Assembly: GCA_041674105.1 (NCBI GenBank)
Contig: JBAYWK010000001.1
Span: 82,190-146,189, forward strand
Reading direction: 5' to 3'
Origin: Minisyncoccota bacterium
GTDB lineage: Bacteria > Patescibacteriota > Minisyncoccia > Phycocordibacterales > DATDWN01
DNA length: 64,000 bases
This document shows, piece by piece, positions 9,080 through 18,521 of this stretch. The first letter of the stretch is position 1; each line of letters opens with the position of its first letter. Position numbers and translations under genes: made by a program. Under the pieces are notes generated by a model. It searched no databases. It had not been told where the DNA came from and saw only the letters and a program-made list of their open reading frames with translations.

Positions 9080-9204
9080 AAAATTTAATTTAATTAATTT
9101 AATAATTGTAAAAGTATAGCCCTCGAGAACACATGAATATACTCTGACAACTATCACCAATAAAGGTTTCTTATAAATAAGCGCCCAAAGACGCGGTAAC
9201 CACA

Positions 9205-9233
9205 ATATTAGACAAAAAGCAAAAAATAGTCAA
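9205..9233 (-). promoter_or_regulatory. sigma70-like promoter for tuf (TTGACT-17-TAATAT).
   Basis: The minus strand reads tacTTGACTattttttgctttttgtcTAATATtgtgg. Confidence 0.5.
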
Positions 9234-9254
9234 GTAAAAGGCTCTTCTAAAAGA

Positions 9255-9542
9255 CTAAGCTAAAATAACTTCTTTTACTTTTTCTTTTTCTTCTTTTGCT
9301 AAAGAATCAAATGTAGGAATTTTGCCTTTCAAAAAAACTAAAACATCCTGAGGAGTTGTGTTATCTTCATCTAAAAGAAGATCAAACTCATCTTGTTCTT
9401 TTTCAGATAGAATATCTAGAGATCTAACCAAAATTGCTTGATACAATATATGACCAATACGGTCAACCATCTCCACCTGCTTATCGTGGTCGAGAGATCC
9501 CAGTTTCCATTCAGTTATTACTTCTTTTGATAAATTTATCAT
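9255..9542 (-). CDS. Hypothetical 95-aa acidic protein.
   Basis: The ORF is compact and abuts the 1156-aa gene with a 9-bp spacer. No family was recognised. Confidence 0.45.
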   Translation of the reverse strand: MINLSKEVITEWKLGSLDHDKQVEMVDRIGHILYQAILVRSLDILSEKEQDEFDLLLDEDNTTPQDVLVFLKGKIPTFDSLAKEEKEKVKEVILA

Positions 9543-9551
9543 ATTATTTTT

Positions 9552-12500
9552 TTAGTTTTTTAATAAATGACTTATATTTTCAAAAATATTAGTTTTTGAT
9601 GCTTTAAGTGCTCTCTCGTAAACATTATCAGAAGACCACCAAGAGCCTTCCACTCCTTCATCCAATAAAACCTGCGATCCTTTTTCTGTAATTATTCCAC
9701 TAGCAAAATGTTTGCCATTTAAATATAAATCTGTTTTACCAATTTCATTTGAGACATCTGTTACTGTTTGTATAACCCCTCCTTCAAAAGGAAGTTTGGC
9801 CGGTAAATAGCCTACATTTTTATACCCTTCTACCATCTTATCCATTGCTATATTGAATGCTTTTCTAACTTCTGTGTATACTTTACCCTCTTGGAGTTTA
9901 TCAGCTAAAGCCATAGGATATGCTCCTGGTTTAGGGTCTGAGATCTCTTCCGCTATAGCTTGATTATCATAAACTAGAACTTTTTTACCTTCTAAATCAG
10001 CCAAGCCCACAGTGTGGTTGTCTACGACAAGATTATCTAAAGAAGAAAAAGGTTTACCTCCTATTTCTATAATTTTTGTTTTAGTTTCTATATTTTCTGG
10101 AATATTTGAAATATTTTCCTGTGGAACATCTGGTATTTTGACTTTGCCAGAATCCATATCCACATCCATTGGAGCGGTCTTGCCAATGTATTCCCTTGGC
10201 ACAACTTCTCCTTCAGAATTTATTATCTTACCTTCAAATGAAGATACTTGACCTTTTTGTGAATCAAACAAAACATCTTTATTTCCGTTTAGATGCTCGT
10301 AACTTAAATTACCTTTACTATCTAAAGCCAAAGACTCCCCTTTTAGACCCGCCCCACTTAATTTGTGTTCTGGGTCATACATTCCAAACTCCTCAGCAAG
10401 TTTAGTTGATGGAGTTTCTACGAAGTGTTTTAGATTTTCTGGAACTTTGGCTACATTTCCATATTTTTCCAAAATCTTACCCTTCATTTCATCAAAAGTT
10501 TTTATAAAACCTTTTGATGAAAGCTCTACTTCAACAGTTTCTGGCTTTGCCACTTCAGAAATATTTACTTTTGGAGGTACACTCTCGGCTTGAATAGAAG
10601 GTTTTGAAGTTGGCACATTTTCTGCAGAAACTTTGGCTCCTCCCGCACTAATACTTTCAATAGAATGAAGTAAGGCTCCTGAAGCGACACTTGTTCCTAT
10701 ACCTGCACCCACCATAGCACCCGCTTTCCACAATAATTGTCTTTTCTTTTTGTCTTTTTCACTCTCATAAAAATCTCTGGCTTGTTTTTCTTTTTCAGCA
10801 AAATTATCTTCTGATATATCAGTACCATACTTATTTAAAAATCCTTCTTTTAATTTAGTATTATTTTTATCAAATTTATTTTGCAAAGCCCTACCTGCAA
10901 ATTGAGAAGTTGCTGCTCCCGCTGCTGCCCTCGCAACCCTATATCCTCCATAAGCAGCTACCCCAGCTAAAGGAAGTGCACCAAAAGCAAATGCTCCTGC
11001 TGTAACCAAAGTTGAGGATAGAGCTATTCTTGTAGCTGGATGTAATTTTTGCCATTTTTCCAGAGTTTTAGATAAAATTCCCTTCTCCAAAGGAGGCCTG
11101 CCAGATTCCATTACTTTATTGAATTTATCCATCTCTTGCTCTAAGGCTTTAACCAAATCTTCATTAAAAGAATATTCTCTTGTTTCAGCCGTAATAGCGC
11201 CAGTTAAAATAACTTCTTCTTTTTTTAAACCCTTAGCAAACAAATATCTAGATTTCTCTTTTTTTGCTTCTATATATACTCTCTCTAAACCTTTTAGTTC
11301 TTCTGGAATCTCATCTGATTTTGGCATTTGTTTTTCTACACCCAAATCAAACATTGCTTTAGCAAAAACATTTTTCTTCTGCCTGTGTTTATTCAAGAAT
11401 TCTTTCTTAGCAGAAGCATAATCCTCACGAGCTTTATCCAAGTTTATATCTATTTGTTCAGCTTTTTTAAAAAGTTCTTCAAAGTCATCTACTTCTGTTT
11501 TTTTAGAATTTTCCGGAATAAAAGGAGGAGCTATAATAGTTTCAGCTTTTATATCCAAAATTTGAGGTTCTTTTTGTGCAGGTTTTTCCTGCGGAGGTTT
11601 GGGAGATATAACCTCAGTTGGATTAACAGCCGGTATTTCATCTCTAGCACTTTTATCATTAATATCCTCTTTTGGTGTATAAAATTGGCCAACTTTATCT
11701 AAATCAATCTTTTCTTGCTCCTCCTTTGATATATCTACCACAGGGTATACTCCCCTATCATATAAAGGATCAAACTCTCTTGTACTCTCTTTTGTTTCTT
11801 CGTCTATAACAAAAGATCTTCTTGATTCTCTAGTTTCTTCATCGGGTAAGACTGGGATTTCAAATTGAGAAAGTTTGTTCAACTCTTCATTTTCTTTCAA
11901 GCCAGCAAGGTGATACATCAAATCTTTTTGATCGATATCTATTATTTTTAAATTAAAAGCATCATTTATTTCAGATCTAATCTCATTAAAAGATCTGGCA
12001 AAATCAATACCTTTATGTAGAGGAATAATACTCTCGGATTTTGGTAGACTTTTTTCAATATAATCGAAAAGATAGTTTTTTACTTCACCTAAACTCTTTT
12101 CTTTTGATTCTCTTTGATTGTTCAAAATATCAAAGGAAGGCTCTTTTTTTTCTTGCTCCTCCTTTGATATATCTACCACAGGGTATACTCCCCTATCATG
12201 TAAAGGATCAAACTCTCTTGTACTCTCTTTTGTTTCTTCGTCTATAACAAAAGATCTTCTTGATTCTCTAGTTTCTTCATCGGGTAAGACTGGGATTTCA
12301 AATTGTTGTAACTTTTCAGAATTAAACTCCTTTTTTTGTTCTGCGTATTTTTCATTAGACTCTTTTTCAATATCCTTAACTGTTTTTATAAAAGAATTAT
12401 CTAGCTCTGATTCTGACTCCACTTTTTTTACTGTGAATAAGGGTAAGGGGGAGCTCAATTCTTCAACTATTACATAATCACCTGCTATCTTTTTAACAGT

Positions 12501-13022
12501 GTAAACTTTATTGCTTACTGTCCAAACAACTTTGTCTCCTTTATTAAAATCTAATTTTTCTTCTTCAATTTTAGAAATAGGAATCTTCACCCCTTCTTCT
12601 AAAGGCAACCCCAGGATAGACATCATCTCTCTTTTTTGCTCCTTAGACACAAAGTCAGCCGAGAGGCTGTCTATAAACTTCTCTGCCCCTTCCCTATCTT
12701 TGATATACTGAGCATCAAAAACTAAATATTTTTTATAAGGATTTTCTGGCAGTTTTATTTGTAAATAATTTTTTAGTTCCTTTATAGAACCATCATTTAT
12801 CTCATTATTCTCCACTCTGGTATGCTCGGCAAGTGAGTTCATAGAAAGGTGATGAACATCTTCTTCTTCCACAACAAGTTCTATATCTGAAGGATTTTTA
12901 AATTTTGGGCCATCATACATAGTTTCTATTCTTTCAAGAGAATTCTTTTCAGAAGTTTCTTCTGGAGCGAGTTTAATATCTTCTGTTAGTTTATTATCAA
13001 ATTGTGACGAAAACCTAGGCAT
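9552..13022 (-). CDS. Giant 1156-aa hypothetical protein with charged low-complexity stretches, an internal duplicated 55-aa module and Gly/Ala-rich hydrophobic segments. It is inserted between fusA and tuf.
   Basis: A single intact ORF carries QFEIPVLPDEETRESRRSFVIDEETKESTREFDPL[H/Y]DRGVYPVVDISKEEQEK twice. Segments with GxxxG-like pattern (AGAFAFGALPLAGVAAYGG, AGAMVGAGIGTSVASGALL) may be membrane-embedded. Confidence 0.6.
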   Translation of the reverse strand: MPRFSSQFDNKLTEDIKLAPEETSEKNSLERIETMYDGPKFKNPSDIELVVEEEDVHHLSMNSLAEHTRVENNEINDGSIKELKNYLQIKLPENPYKKYLVFDAQYIKDREGAEKFIDSLSADFVSKEQKREMMSILGLPLEEGVKIPISKIEEEKLDFNKGDKVVWTVSNKVYTVKKIAGDYVIVEELSSPLPLFTVKKVESESELDNSFIKTVKDIEKESNEKYAEQKKEFNSEKLQQFEIPVLPDEETRESRRSFVIDEETKESTREFDPLHDRGVYPVVDISKEEQEKKEPSFDILNNQRESKEKSLGEVKNYLFDYIEKSLPKSESIIPLHKGIDFARSFNEIRSEINDAFNLKIIDIDQKDLMYHLAGLKENEELNKLSQFEIPVLPDEETRESRRSFVIDEETKESTREFDPLYDRGVYPVVDISKEEQEKIDLDKVGQFYTPKEDINDKSARDEIPAVNPTEVISPKPPQEKPAQKEPQILDIKAETIIAPPFIPENSKKTEVDDFEELFKKAEQIDINLDKAREDYASAKKEFLNKHRQKKNVFAKAMFDLGVEKQMPKSDEIPEELKGLERVYIEAKKEKSRYLFAKGLKKEEVILTGAITAETREYSFNEDLVKALEQEMDKFNKVMESGRPPLEKGILSKTLEKWQKLHPATRIALSSTLVTAGAFAFGALPLAGVAAYGGYRVARAAAGAATSQFAGRALQNKFDKNNTKLKEGFLNKYGTDISEDNFAEKEKQARDFYESEKDKKKRQLLWKAGAMVGAGIGTSVASGALLHSIESISAGGAKVSAENVPTSKPSIQAESVPPKVNISEVAKPETVEVELSSKGFIKTFDEMKGKILEKYGNVAKVPENLKHFVETPSTKLAEEFGMYDPEHKLSGAGLKGESLALDSKGNLSYEHLNGNKDVLFDSQKGQVSSFEGKIINSEGEVVPREYIGKTAPMDVDMDSGKVKIPDVPQENISNIPENIETKTKIIEIGGKPFSSLDNLVVDNHTVGLADLEGKKVLVYDNQAIAEEISDPKPGAYPMALADKLQEGKVYTEVRKAFNIAMDKMVEGYKNVGYLPAKLPFEGGVIQTVTDVSNEIGKTDLYLNGKHFASGIITEKGSQVLLDEGVEGSWWSSDNVYERALKASKTNIFENISHLLKN
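11712..11877. repeat. Intragenic direct repeat, copy a, about 165 bp.
   Basis: It is almost identical (1 mismatch seen) to 12150..12315 within the same ORF. Confidence 0.8.
12150..12315. repeat. Intragenic direct repeat, copy b, about 165 bp.
   Basis: See copy a at 11712..11877. Confidence 0.8.
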
Positions 13023-13061
13023 ATATACCTAATATAATATCTTCTTTAAACCTATTAAGCA

Positions 13062-13092
13062 ATAAAAAATCTCCACTTTTAGTGGAGATTTT
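13062..13092 (-). terminator. Intrinsic terminator downstream of fusA.
   Basis: aaaaaatctccacttttagtggagatttttt is a hairpin plus T-run. Confidence 0.65.
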
Positions 13093-13098
13093 TTATTA

Positions 13099-15240
13099 TT
13101 AACTTCTAGATTCTATAATCTGTTTTTCAATATTTGGTGGAACCACCTCGTAGTGATCAAAATGCATAGTGACAGACCCTCTTCCCTGAGTCATAGAGCG
13201 AATGTCTGTAGTATATCCAAACATTTCTGATAGAGGAACTTTTGCATGAATAACTCTAAGCTGGCCTCTTTCATCCATACCTTCTATCTGACCTCTCTTT
13301 CCTGAAAGTGAACCTGTTACATCTCCCATAAACTGCTCTGGCATTATAGCCTCTACTTTCATAATAGGTTCTAGAATAACAGGTCTAGCTTTTTTAGCGG
13401 CCTCTTGAAATGCTTGAGAAGCAGCAATCTTGTAAGCAATTTCAGATGAGTCCACATCATGATAAGAACCGAAAGTAAGCTCACAAGAAATATTTACCAT
13501 TTTGTAACCAGCTACAATACCTCTATCCATCGCTTCTTTAACTCCTTTTTCTACAGCAGGTATAAACTCCTGAGGAATAACTCCTCCTTTTATAGAATCT
13601 ATAAACTCAAAGTCATCATAACGACTAACATTTTTGGGTATTTTCGCTCCTTCAGGCAAATCTTCCATTCTCTTTATAGAAAGTTTTACGTGACCATACT
13701 GACCTTTACCTCCAGTTTGTTTAATATATTTATGTTCAGCTTCAGCACTTCCCAAAATAGTTTCTCTGTAAGCTACCTGAGGCTTACCAACATTTGCTTC
13801 CACAGTAAACTCTCTTTTCATTCTATCTATCATAATCTCTAGATGTAGCTCACCCATACCTGAAATGATAGTCTCTCCTGTCTCACTATCAGAAGACACT
13901 CTGAAAGTAGGATCTTCGTCTGAAAGTTTTTTTAGCGCCATACCCATTTTTTCCTGATCGGCTTTTGTTTTTGGTTCTATTCTCAGAGAAACAACTGGTT
14001 CGGCAAACTTAATAGGATCTAGAATGATAGGATTGTTTTCGTCACAGAAAGTGTGGGAAGTTTTTGCATTTTTAAGCCCAACAGCAGCTGCAATCTCTCC
14101 AGCAAAAACTTTTTTTACTTCTTCTCTATCATTAGCTTGAAGTCTGACAATACGTCCAAGTCTTTCTTTTTCTCCTGTGGTTGCATTATATATATATGAA
14201 CCAGACTCTATTGTTCCAGAATAAACTCTAAAGAAAGTAAGCTGACCAACGAAAGGATCTGTCTGTAATTTGAAAGCCAAAGCAGCAAAAGGTTCTGAAT
14301 CAGAAGCTTTTCTTTCTATTTCCTCTCCTGTGACAGGGTCGTGACCTTTTACTGGTGGAATATCTAGAGGAGAAGGAAGATAATCTATAACAGCGTCTAA
14401 TATAAGTTGAACTCCTTTATTTTTCAAAGCTGTTCCTGTAAAAACTGGGAAAAAATTATTTTCTATAGTAGCTTTTCTGATAACTTTCTTCATTGCCTCT
14501 ATCCCTGGTTCTACCCCATCTAAATACGCAGACATCATTTCGTCATCATACTCAACCACCTTCTCAACAAGTTCTGCTCTATATTTTTTGGCATCTTCTA
14601 AATAAGCTTCTGGTATATCTTTTTCCTTAATCTCAACACCCATAGGACCTTCAAAATAATAAGCTTTCATTTTCAAAAGATCTATAACAGCTTCAAAGTT
14701 AGCTTCCTCACCAATAGGAATTTGCATCCTAACTGCATTTTTATTTAATCTTTCCAAAATAGACTGGTAAGATCTTTCAAAAGATCCTCCCGTTCTATCT
14801 AGTTTATTTATAAAACAAAGTCTAGGAACATGATATTTGTCTGCTTGTCTCCAAACTGTTTCTGATTGAGGCTCCACTCCAGCAACACCATCAAATACCA
14901 CAACTCCACCATCCAAAACTTTTAGAGATCTTTCAACCTCTACAGTAAAGTCCACGTGACCCGGTGTATCAATAATATTGAATCTATGTCTCAAAGAAAT
15001 ATCTGCTCCCATATATGTAGGGTTCCAAAAACATGTGATAGCGGCGGCAGTTATGGTGATACCTCTCTCTCTTTCCTGTTCCATCCAGTCTGTCACGGCG
15101 GCTCCATCGTGTACTTCACCAATCTTGTGTGACATACCTGTATAGTACAAAATACGCTCTGAAGTTGTTGTTTTACCGGCATCAATGTGAGCAATGATAC
15201 CAAAGTTTCTAACTCTATCTAATGGATAATCTCTGTTCAT
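13099..15240 (-). CDS. fusA: Elongation factor G.
   Basis: The 713-aa protein starts …[18 protein letters not shown]… and carries the full EF-G domain set. Confidence 0.95.
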   Translation of the reverse strand: MNRDYPLDRVRNFGIIAHIDAGKTTTSERILYYTGMSHKIGEVHDGAAVTDWMEQERERGITITAAAITCFWNPTYMGADISLRHRFNIIDTPGHVDFTVEVERSLKVLDGGVVVFDGVAGVEPQSETVWRQADKYHVPRLCFINKLDRTGGSFERSYQSILERLNKNAVRMQIPIGEEANFEAVIDLLKMKAYYFEGPMGVEIKEKDIPEAYLEDAKKYRAELVEKVVEYDDEMMSAYLDGVEPGIEAMKKVIRKATIENNFFPVFTGTALKNKGVQLILDAVIDYLPSPLDIPPVKGHDPVTGEEIERKASDSEPFAALAFKLQTDPFVGQLTFFRVYSGTIESGSYIYNATTGEKERLGRIVRLQANDREEVKKVFAGEIAAAVGLKNAKTSHTFCDENNPIILDPIKFAEPVVSLRIEPKTKADQEKMGMALKKLSDEDPTFRVSSDSETGETIISGMGELHLEIMIDRMKREFTVEANVGKPQVAYRETILGSAEAEHKYIKQTGGKGQYGHVKLSIKRMEDLPEGAKIPKNVSRYDDFEFIDSIKGGVIPQEFIPAVEKGVKEAMDRGIVAGYKMVNISCELTFGSYHDVDSSEIAYKIAASQAFQEAAKKARPVILEPIMKVEAIMPEQFMGDVTGSLSGKRGQIEGMDERGQLRVIHAKVPLSEMFGYTTDIRSMTQGRGSVTMHFDHYEVVPPNIEKQIIESRS

Positions 15241-15402
15241 AAAATTAAGCAGACAAATAATAATAAATAAAAATTCAGCTCAAAAAAGATTTGTTCCGAA
15301 TACCCCACACTATATACTAAAATGTATTTTGGGGCAATATAGTTTTTGACTACGTTATTGACTTCTGGTCAAATCTAAGTAGTCTTTATTTTGGAGGAGT
15401 TT

Positions 15403-15714
15403 ATGACACTAAAAAAAAGTGCACTGTCGGAGTATGGGCATCTGAGCCCGTGGGAGTTTTTTACAAAAGAAAGGCTTTTAAGGCAAACCAGTAATACTAG
15501 AAGTATCGGGCAGATGATAGCACTGCTTGGCACAAACACAGGCAGACTTGGTATAAAACCTTTTTATTTTATTTGTCAGTGCAGAGGTATCTGCACAATA
15601 AAAGATATTATTGATTACATAAAAAAAGGAAAAAATCTTAGTAGTCTTCCGGGGATGGGCAGAAAGACAGCCAAAGTTTTCATGTCTATCCTATACGAGG
15701 AAGGACTTTTATAA
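15403..15714 (+). CDS. Small helix-hairpin-helix protein resembling the RNA polymerase alpha C-terminal domain. It is encoded antisense between rpsG and fusA.
   Basis: A GGAGG Shine-Dalgarno lies 6 nt before the ATG at 15403; the ORF-finder start was a TTG at 15391. The C-terminus SLPGMGRKTAKVFMSILYEEGLL resembles alpha-CTD NLGRKSLEEVK..LEELGL. The gene has its own downstream hairpin terminator. Confidence 0.45.
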   Translation: MTLKKSALSEYGHLSPWEFFTKERLLRQTSNTRSIGQMIALLGTNTGRLGIKPFYFICQCRGICTIKDIIDYIKKGKNLSSLPGMGRKTAKVFMSILYEEGLL

Positions 15715-15721
15715 AGACACC

Positions 15722-15754
15722 AAAAAGGACTGGTTTACCCAGTCCTTTTTTAAT
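15722..15754. terminator. Bidirectional intrinsic terminator.
   Basis: aaaaaggactggtttacccagtcctttttt. It ends the HhH gene on the plus strand and the rpsL-rpsG transcript on the minus strand. Confidence 0.65.
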
Positions 15755-15773
15755 TTCGTTTGTTTTTGTTTTA

Positions 15774-15868
15774 ATTCAAGGCACGAAGTTTTGTTTATTA
15801 GGATTTTTGAAAAATTTCTAGGCTAATATGAGCATTGTGACCAAGGTGTATAAAAATACTCCGCGGGA
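15774..15868. repeat. Repeat family A, copy 2, lying 3' of rpsG.
   Basis: The core is the same as at 7306..7380, with a 40-nt insertion between the two conserved blocks. Confidence 0.7.
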
Positions 15869-15914
15869 ATAAGCGAAGTATTCAACAAAGAAATTTTTCA
15901 AAAAGACAATAGAC

Positions 15915-16385
15915 TTACCAAGCAAGATGAGCAAAAGCCTTATTAGCCTCAGCCATTTTGTGAGTATTTTCTCTCTTCTTTACAGCTTCACCTTCACCTT
16001 TTGAGGCTAGCATTATTTCTTCAGCAAGTTTTTCAGCCATTTCTACTCCTTTTCTTGCTCTAGCAGCATCAACTATCCATTTCATAGAAAGGTAGTTTCT
16101 TCTCTCTGGTCTAACTTCTCGAGGAATTTGGTAATTTGCACCTCCGACTCTTCTAGATCTTACCTCCATAACAGGTCCTGTATTTTTCAAAGCTGTATCA
16201 AAAATCTCCATTACATCCTCTACCTTTGCTTTTTCTTTTAATTTATCAAAAGATTTGTAAACTATTTTTCTAGCAGTTTCTTTTTGACCTCCAATCATTA
16301 CATAGTTAACGAACTTGGAAACTTTGTCCGAGTTGTAGATATGATCTGGTTTTACTATATTTCTATTTGTTACTTTTCTTCGCAT
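15915..16385 (-). CDS. rpsG: 30S ribosomal protein S7.
   Basis: MRRKVTNRNIVKPD… is conserved S7. Confidence 0.95.
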   Translation of the reverse strand: MRRKVTNRNIVKPDHIYNSDKVSKFVNYVMIGGQKETARKIVYKSFDKLKEKAKVEDVMEIFDTALKNTGPVMEVRSRRVGGANYQIPREVRPERRNYLSMKWIVDAARARKGVEMAEKLAEEIMLASKGEGEAVKKRENTHKMAEANKAFAHLAW

Positions 16386-16390
16386 ATATA

Positions 16391-16807
16391 TTATTTAGAA
16401 GCTTTAGCTTTTTTAGTACCGTATTTGCTACGACCTTTTTTTCTTTTATCTACTCCTGTAGCATCAAGCAATCCTCTGACCACTGTATATCTAAGACCGA
16501 CATCTCTTACTTTACCCCCTCTCAAAACTACCACTGAGTGCTCTTGAAGTGTGTGTCCCATTCCTGGAATATAAGCAGTCACTTCATAACCATTGTTTAG
16601 TCTTACTCTAGCGATTTTTCTAATAGCTGAGTTTGGCTTCTTTGGAGTTTTTGTTGTAACTTTTGTACAAACGCCTCTTTTGAAAGGAGATGAATAACGA
16701 ACAGGTCTATTTTTAATACTATTAAAACCACGAGTCAAAGCCACAGAATGTGGCTTTGCTTTTGCTTTACTCCTCTTTCTTTTTATTAACTGATTGATTG
16801 TTGACAT
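16391..16807 (-). CDS. rpsL: 30S ribosomal protein S12.
   Basis: [16 protein letters not shown]…[10 protein letters not shown]… is conserved S12. Confidence 0.95.
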   Translation of the reverse strand: MSTINQLIKRKRSKAKAKPHSVALTRGFNSIKNRPVRYSSPFKRGVCTKVTTKTPKKPNSAIRKIARVRLNNGYEVTAYIPGMGHTLQEHSVVVLRGGKVRDVGLRYTVVRGLLDATGVDKRKKGRSKYGTKKAKASK

Positions 16808-16901
16808 TGGACAATACTCTAATATGTTTTAAAAAAAAATGCAAGCTAGTGCTTGCAAATAAAAGGGCTCGCAACCCATAAAAGACTTTAGTAAAATAAA
16901 A

Positions 16902-16928
16902 AACCGGTACTTTATAAGAGTACCGGTT
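16902..16928. terminator. Hairpin terminator-like element.
   Basis: aaccggtactttataagagtaccggtt is a perfect 10-bp stem. Confidence 0.5.
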
Positions 16929-16939
16929 AACTGCTTGCA

Positions 16940-17095
16940 GGATTTTGCCGTACACTCTCTCTCACCTGGTTTTTGTTGAGAGAGTGTTGTGGTCATCTGC
17001 TGACCACTCAAGGATTTGTGGGGGCAGGTAATCCAATCAAAGCCCCCAGGCGCATGCGCGAAAACGGCGACGCCCTTCCTCGATATCTACACTAT
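16940..17095. ncRNA. GC-rich structured segment upstream of rpsL. It is a candidate leader or small RNA of unknown class.
   Basis: Nested hairpins are cactctctctcacc/tgagagagtg, tggtcatctgctgacca and tgggggc…gcccccagg. GC is locally above 50%. Confidence 0.3.
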
Positions 17096-17156
17096 ATCCT
17101 AGCATACTATGAAAAATTTGTCAAATGGAATTTAACGAATACCAAAAAACCTATAT

Positions 17157-17771
17157 TTATAGCCCTGTTCCAGTAATGAAAGAAAATAGAAAATAAACTA
17201 CAGGGATCATAAACTGCCACAGAAAAAATACAAAGAAAAGAAGAACGAAAATACCATTTCTCTCCAAAAAATTTCTTACAGAAACCATATTACGAGGAAG
17301 TAGGGAAAACAAAATTTTTGAACCATCCAAAGGAGGAATGGGGATTAGATTAAAAACAGCCAATATAAGGTTTATAAAAACAATAATAGTAGCGATAAAA
17401 ACAAAACCACTACCTAGAGAAGCCAGTATTCCAAACCTCAGGAGAAGACCAAATACTAAAGCCAGAGATATGTTTGAAAGAGGTCCAGCAAAAGCCACTA
17501 TGGCCTCTCCCCACTTCTGATTTCTTAAATTATAGGGATTGAAAGGTACAGGTTTTGCCCATCCTATTATAAAACCACCGAAAAGATAGGAAATAGTTGG
17601 TAGTATTATAGAACCAAATAAGTCCAAGTGAACTAAAGGGTTTAGAGAAAGTCTACCTTGAAACTTGGCTGTGTTGTCCCCCTGTAAATACGCAGCATAA
17701 CCATGAGAAACCTCATGAATAATAACTGAGAATATGAGTACGGCTATTTGAAATATAAATTGTGTGTCCAT
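17157..17771 (-). CDS. Site-2 protease family (peptidase M50) membrane metalloprotease.
   Basis: HEVSHGY forms the HExxH motif inside a TM helix, and NLIPIPPLDGS is the characteristic LDG motif. Confidence 0.8.
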   Translation of the reverse strand: MDTQFIFQIAVLIFSVIIHEVSHGYAAYLQGDNTAKFQGRLSLNPLVHLDLFGSIILPTISYLFGGFIIGWAKPVPFNPYNLRNQKWGEAIVAFAGPLSNISLALVFGLLLRFGILASLGSGFVFIATIIVFINLILAVFNLIPIPPLDGSKILFSLLPRNMVSVRNFLERNGIFVLLFFVFFLWQFMIPVVYFLFSFITGTGL

Positions 17772-17814
17772 ATTTTTATTAAAACACCTCTTAAAATCTC
17801 TTTCTCAGCAACAT

Positions 17815-17890
17815 AATTTTAGGGCACACCATAAGTCTTGTTAGACTTTGGCTCAATCTCGCGCCGTCGCGCTCCGAAGTCCCTAAAATT
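17815..17890. repeat. Repeat family B, copy 1, a 76-nt element with a 10-bp terminal inverted repeat.
   Basis: aattttaggg…ccctaaaatt encloses an internal hairpin aagtcttgttagactt and a GC core ctcgcgccgtcgcgctccgaag. An inverted copy lies at 24393..24468. Confidence 0.75.
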
Positions 17891-17931
17891 ATAATGAGAG
17901 AGCGGAGTTTTTTAACAAAACCACATCGAGT

Positions 17932-18020
17932 GTATATGTTTTCTGAAACATTGCGAGCGCGACGGCACGAACACGAGGAATTTTTCAGTAGAAAAATATC
18001 CGTTTTCAGAAAACATATAC
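17932..18020. repeat. 17-bp perfect inverted repeat in the rpmB 5' region that encloses a B-like GC core.
   Basis: gtatatgttttctgaaa … tttcagaaaacatatac. The 55-nt loop contains gagcgcgacggcacga, related to the family-B core. Confidence 0.6.
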
Positions 18021-18121
18021 CGAGATGGGGATTTTGTTATATTAAAAAGCTAAGACGGTTTGAAAATATAAGTACAAAATTGTTTGCTTTTTATAACACT
18101 TATGGTAACATACTTATCACT

Positions 18122-18364
18122 ATGGCAAAAACATGTCCAATAACAAATAAGGGGTCAAAAATGGGAGGTGGCTACTCGAACAGAACTCGTGCCACTCAAT
18201 TTAACCCTACAGGAATGAAAAGAAAATATCCAAATCTTCAAAAAAAGAAGATTTTTATACCTGAGCTAAACAAAAGTATCTCTCTTGAACTTTCTACAAA
18301 AGCGATCAAGACAATCCAAAAAAACGGAGCCTACGCCACACTAAAAAAAGCAAAACTAATTTAA
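18122..18364 (+). CDS. rpmB: 50S ribosomal protein L28.
   Basis: MAKTCPITNKGSKMGGGYSNRTRATQFNPTGMKRKYPNLQKKK… is L28-like. The ORF-finder ORF from 17894 fuses a non-coding leader onto it. Confidence 0.85.
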   Translation: MAKTCPITNKGSKMGGGYSNRTRATQFNPTGMKRKYPNLQKKKIFIPELNKSISLELSTKAIKTIQKNGAYATLKKAKLI

Positions 18365-18402
18365 AAAAATAACCGACAGAAATATCTGTCGGTTATTTTT
18401 TT
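18363..18402. terminator. Bidirectional intrinsic terminator between rpmB and the convergent MBL-domain gene.
   Basis: aaaaaataaccgacagaaatatctgtcggttattttttt. Confidence 0.65.
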
Positions 18403-18521
18403 AATTGTTTATAAATAGTAGAAAACAAAAACTCCCAATCCTTTACACATATATTATAGCAAATCTGAACACATTTGTCAAATAAAACATTGCATTTTCT
18501 ATATTAAGGTTAGAAATAAGC

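Noticed and set aside
7883-9205. 440-aa EF-Tu ORF with 42 extra N-terminal residues.
   Set aside because: The extension [13 protein letters not shown]… is not EF-Tu-like. The conserved start [14 protein letters not shown] follows a promoter and leader, so the gene was trimmed to 9079.
16767-17011. Two overlapping 60-62-aa minus-strand ORFs upstream of rpsL.
   Set aside because: They lie in the GC-rich hairpin region, show no conservation signal and overlap each other.
17894-18121. N-terminal 76 codons of the ORF-finder 156-aa ORF upstream of rpmB.
   Set aside because: Only the C-terminal 81 aa are L28. The upstream part consists of repeat B and inverted-repeat sequence and is treated as a structured leader.
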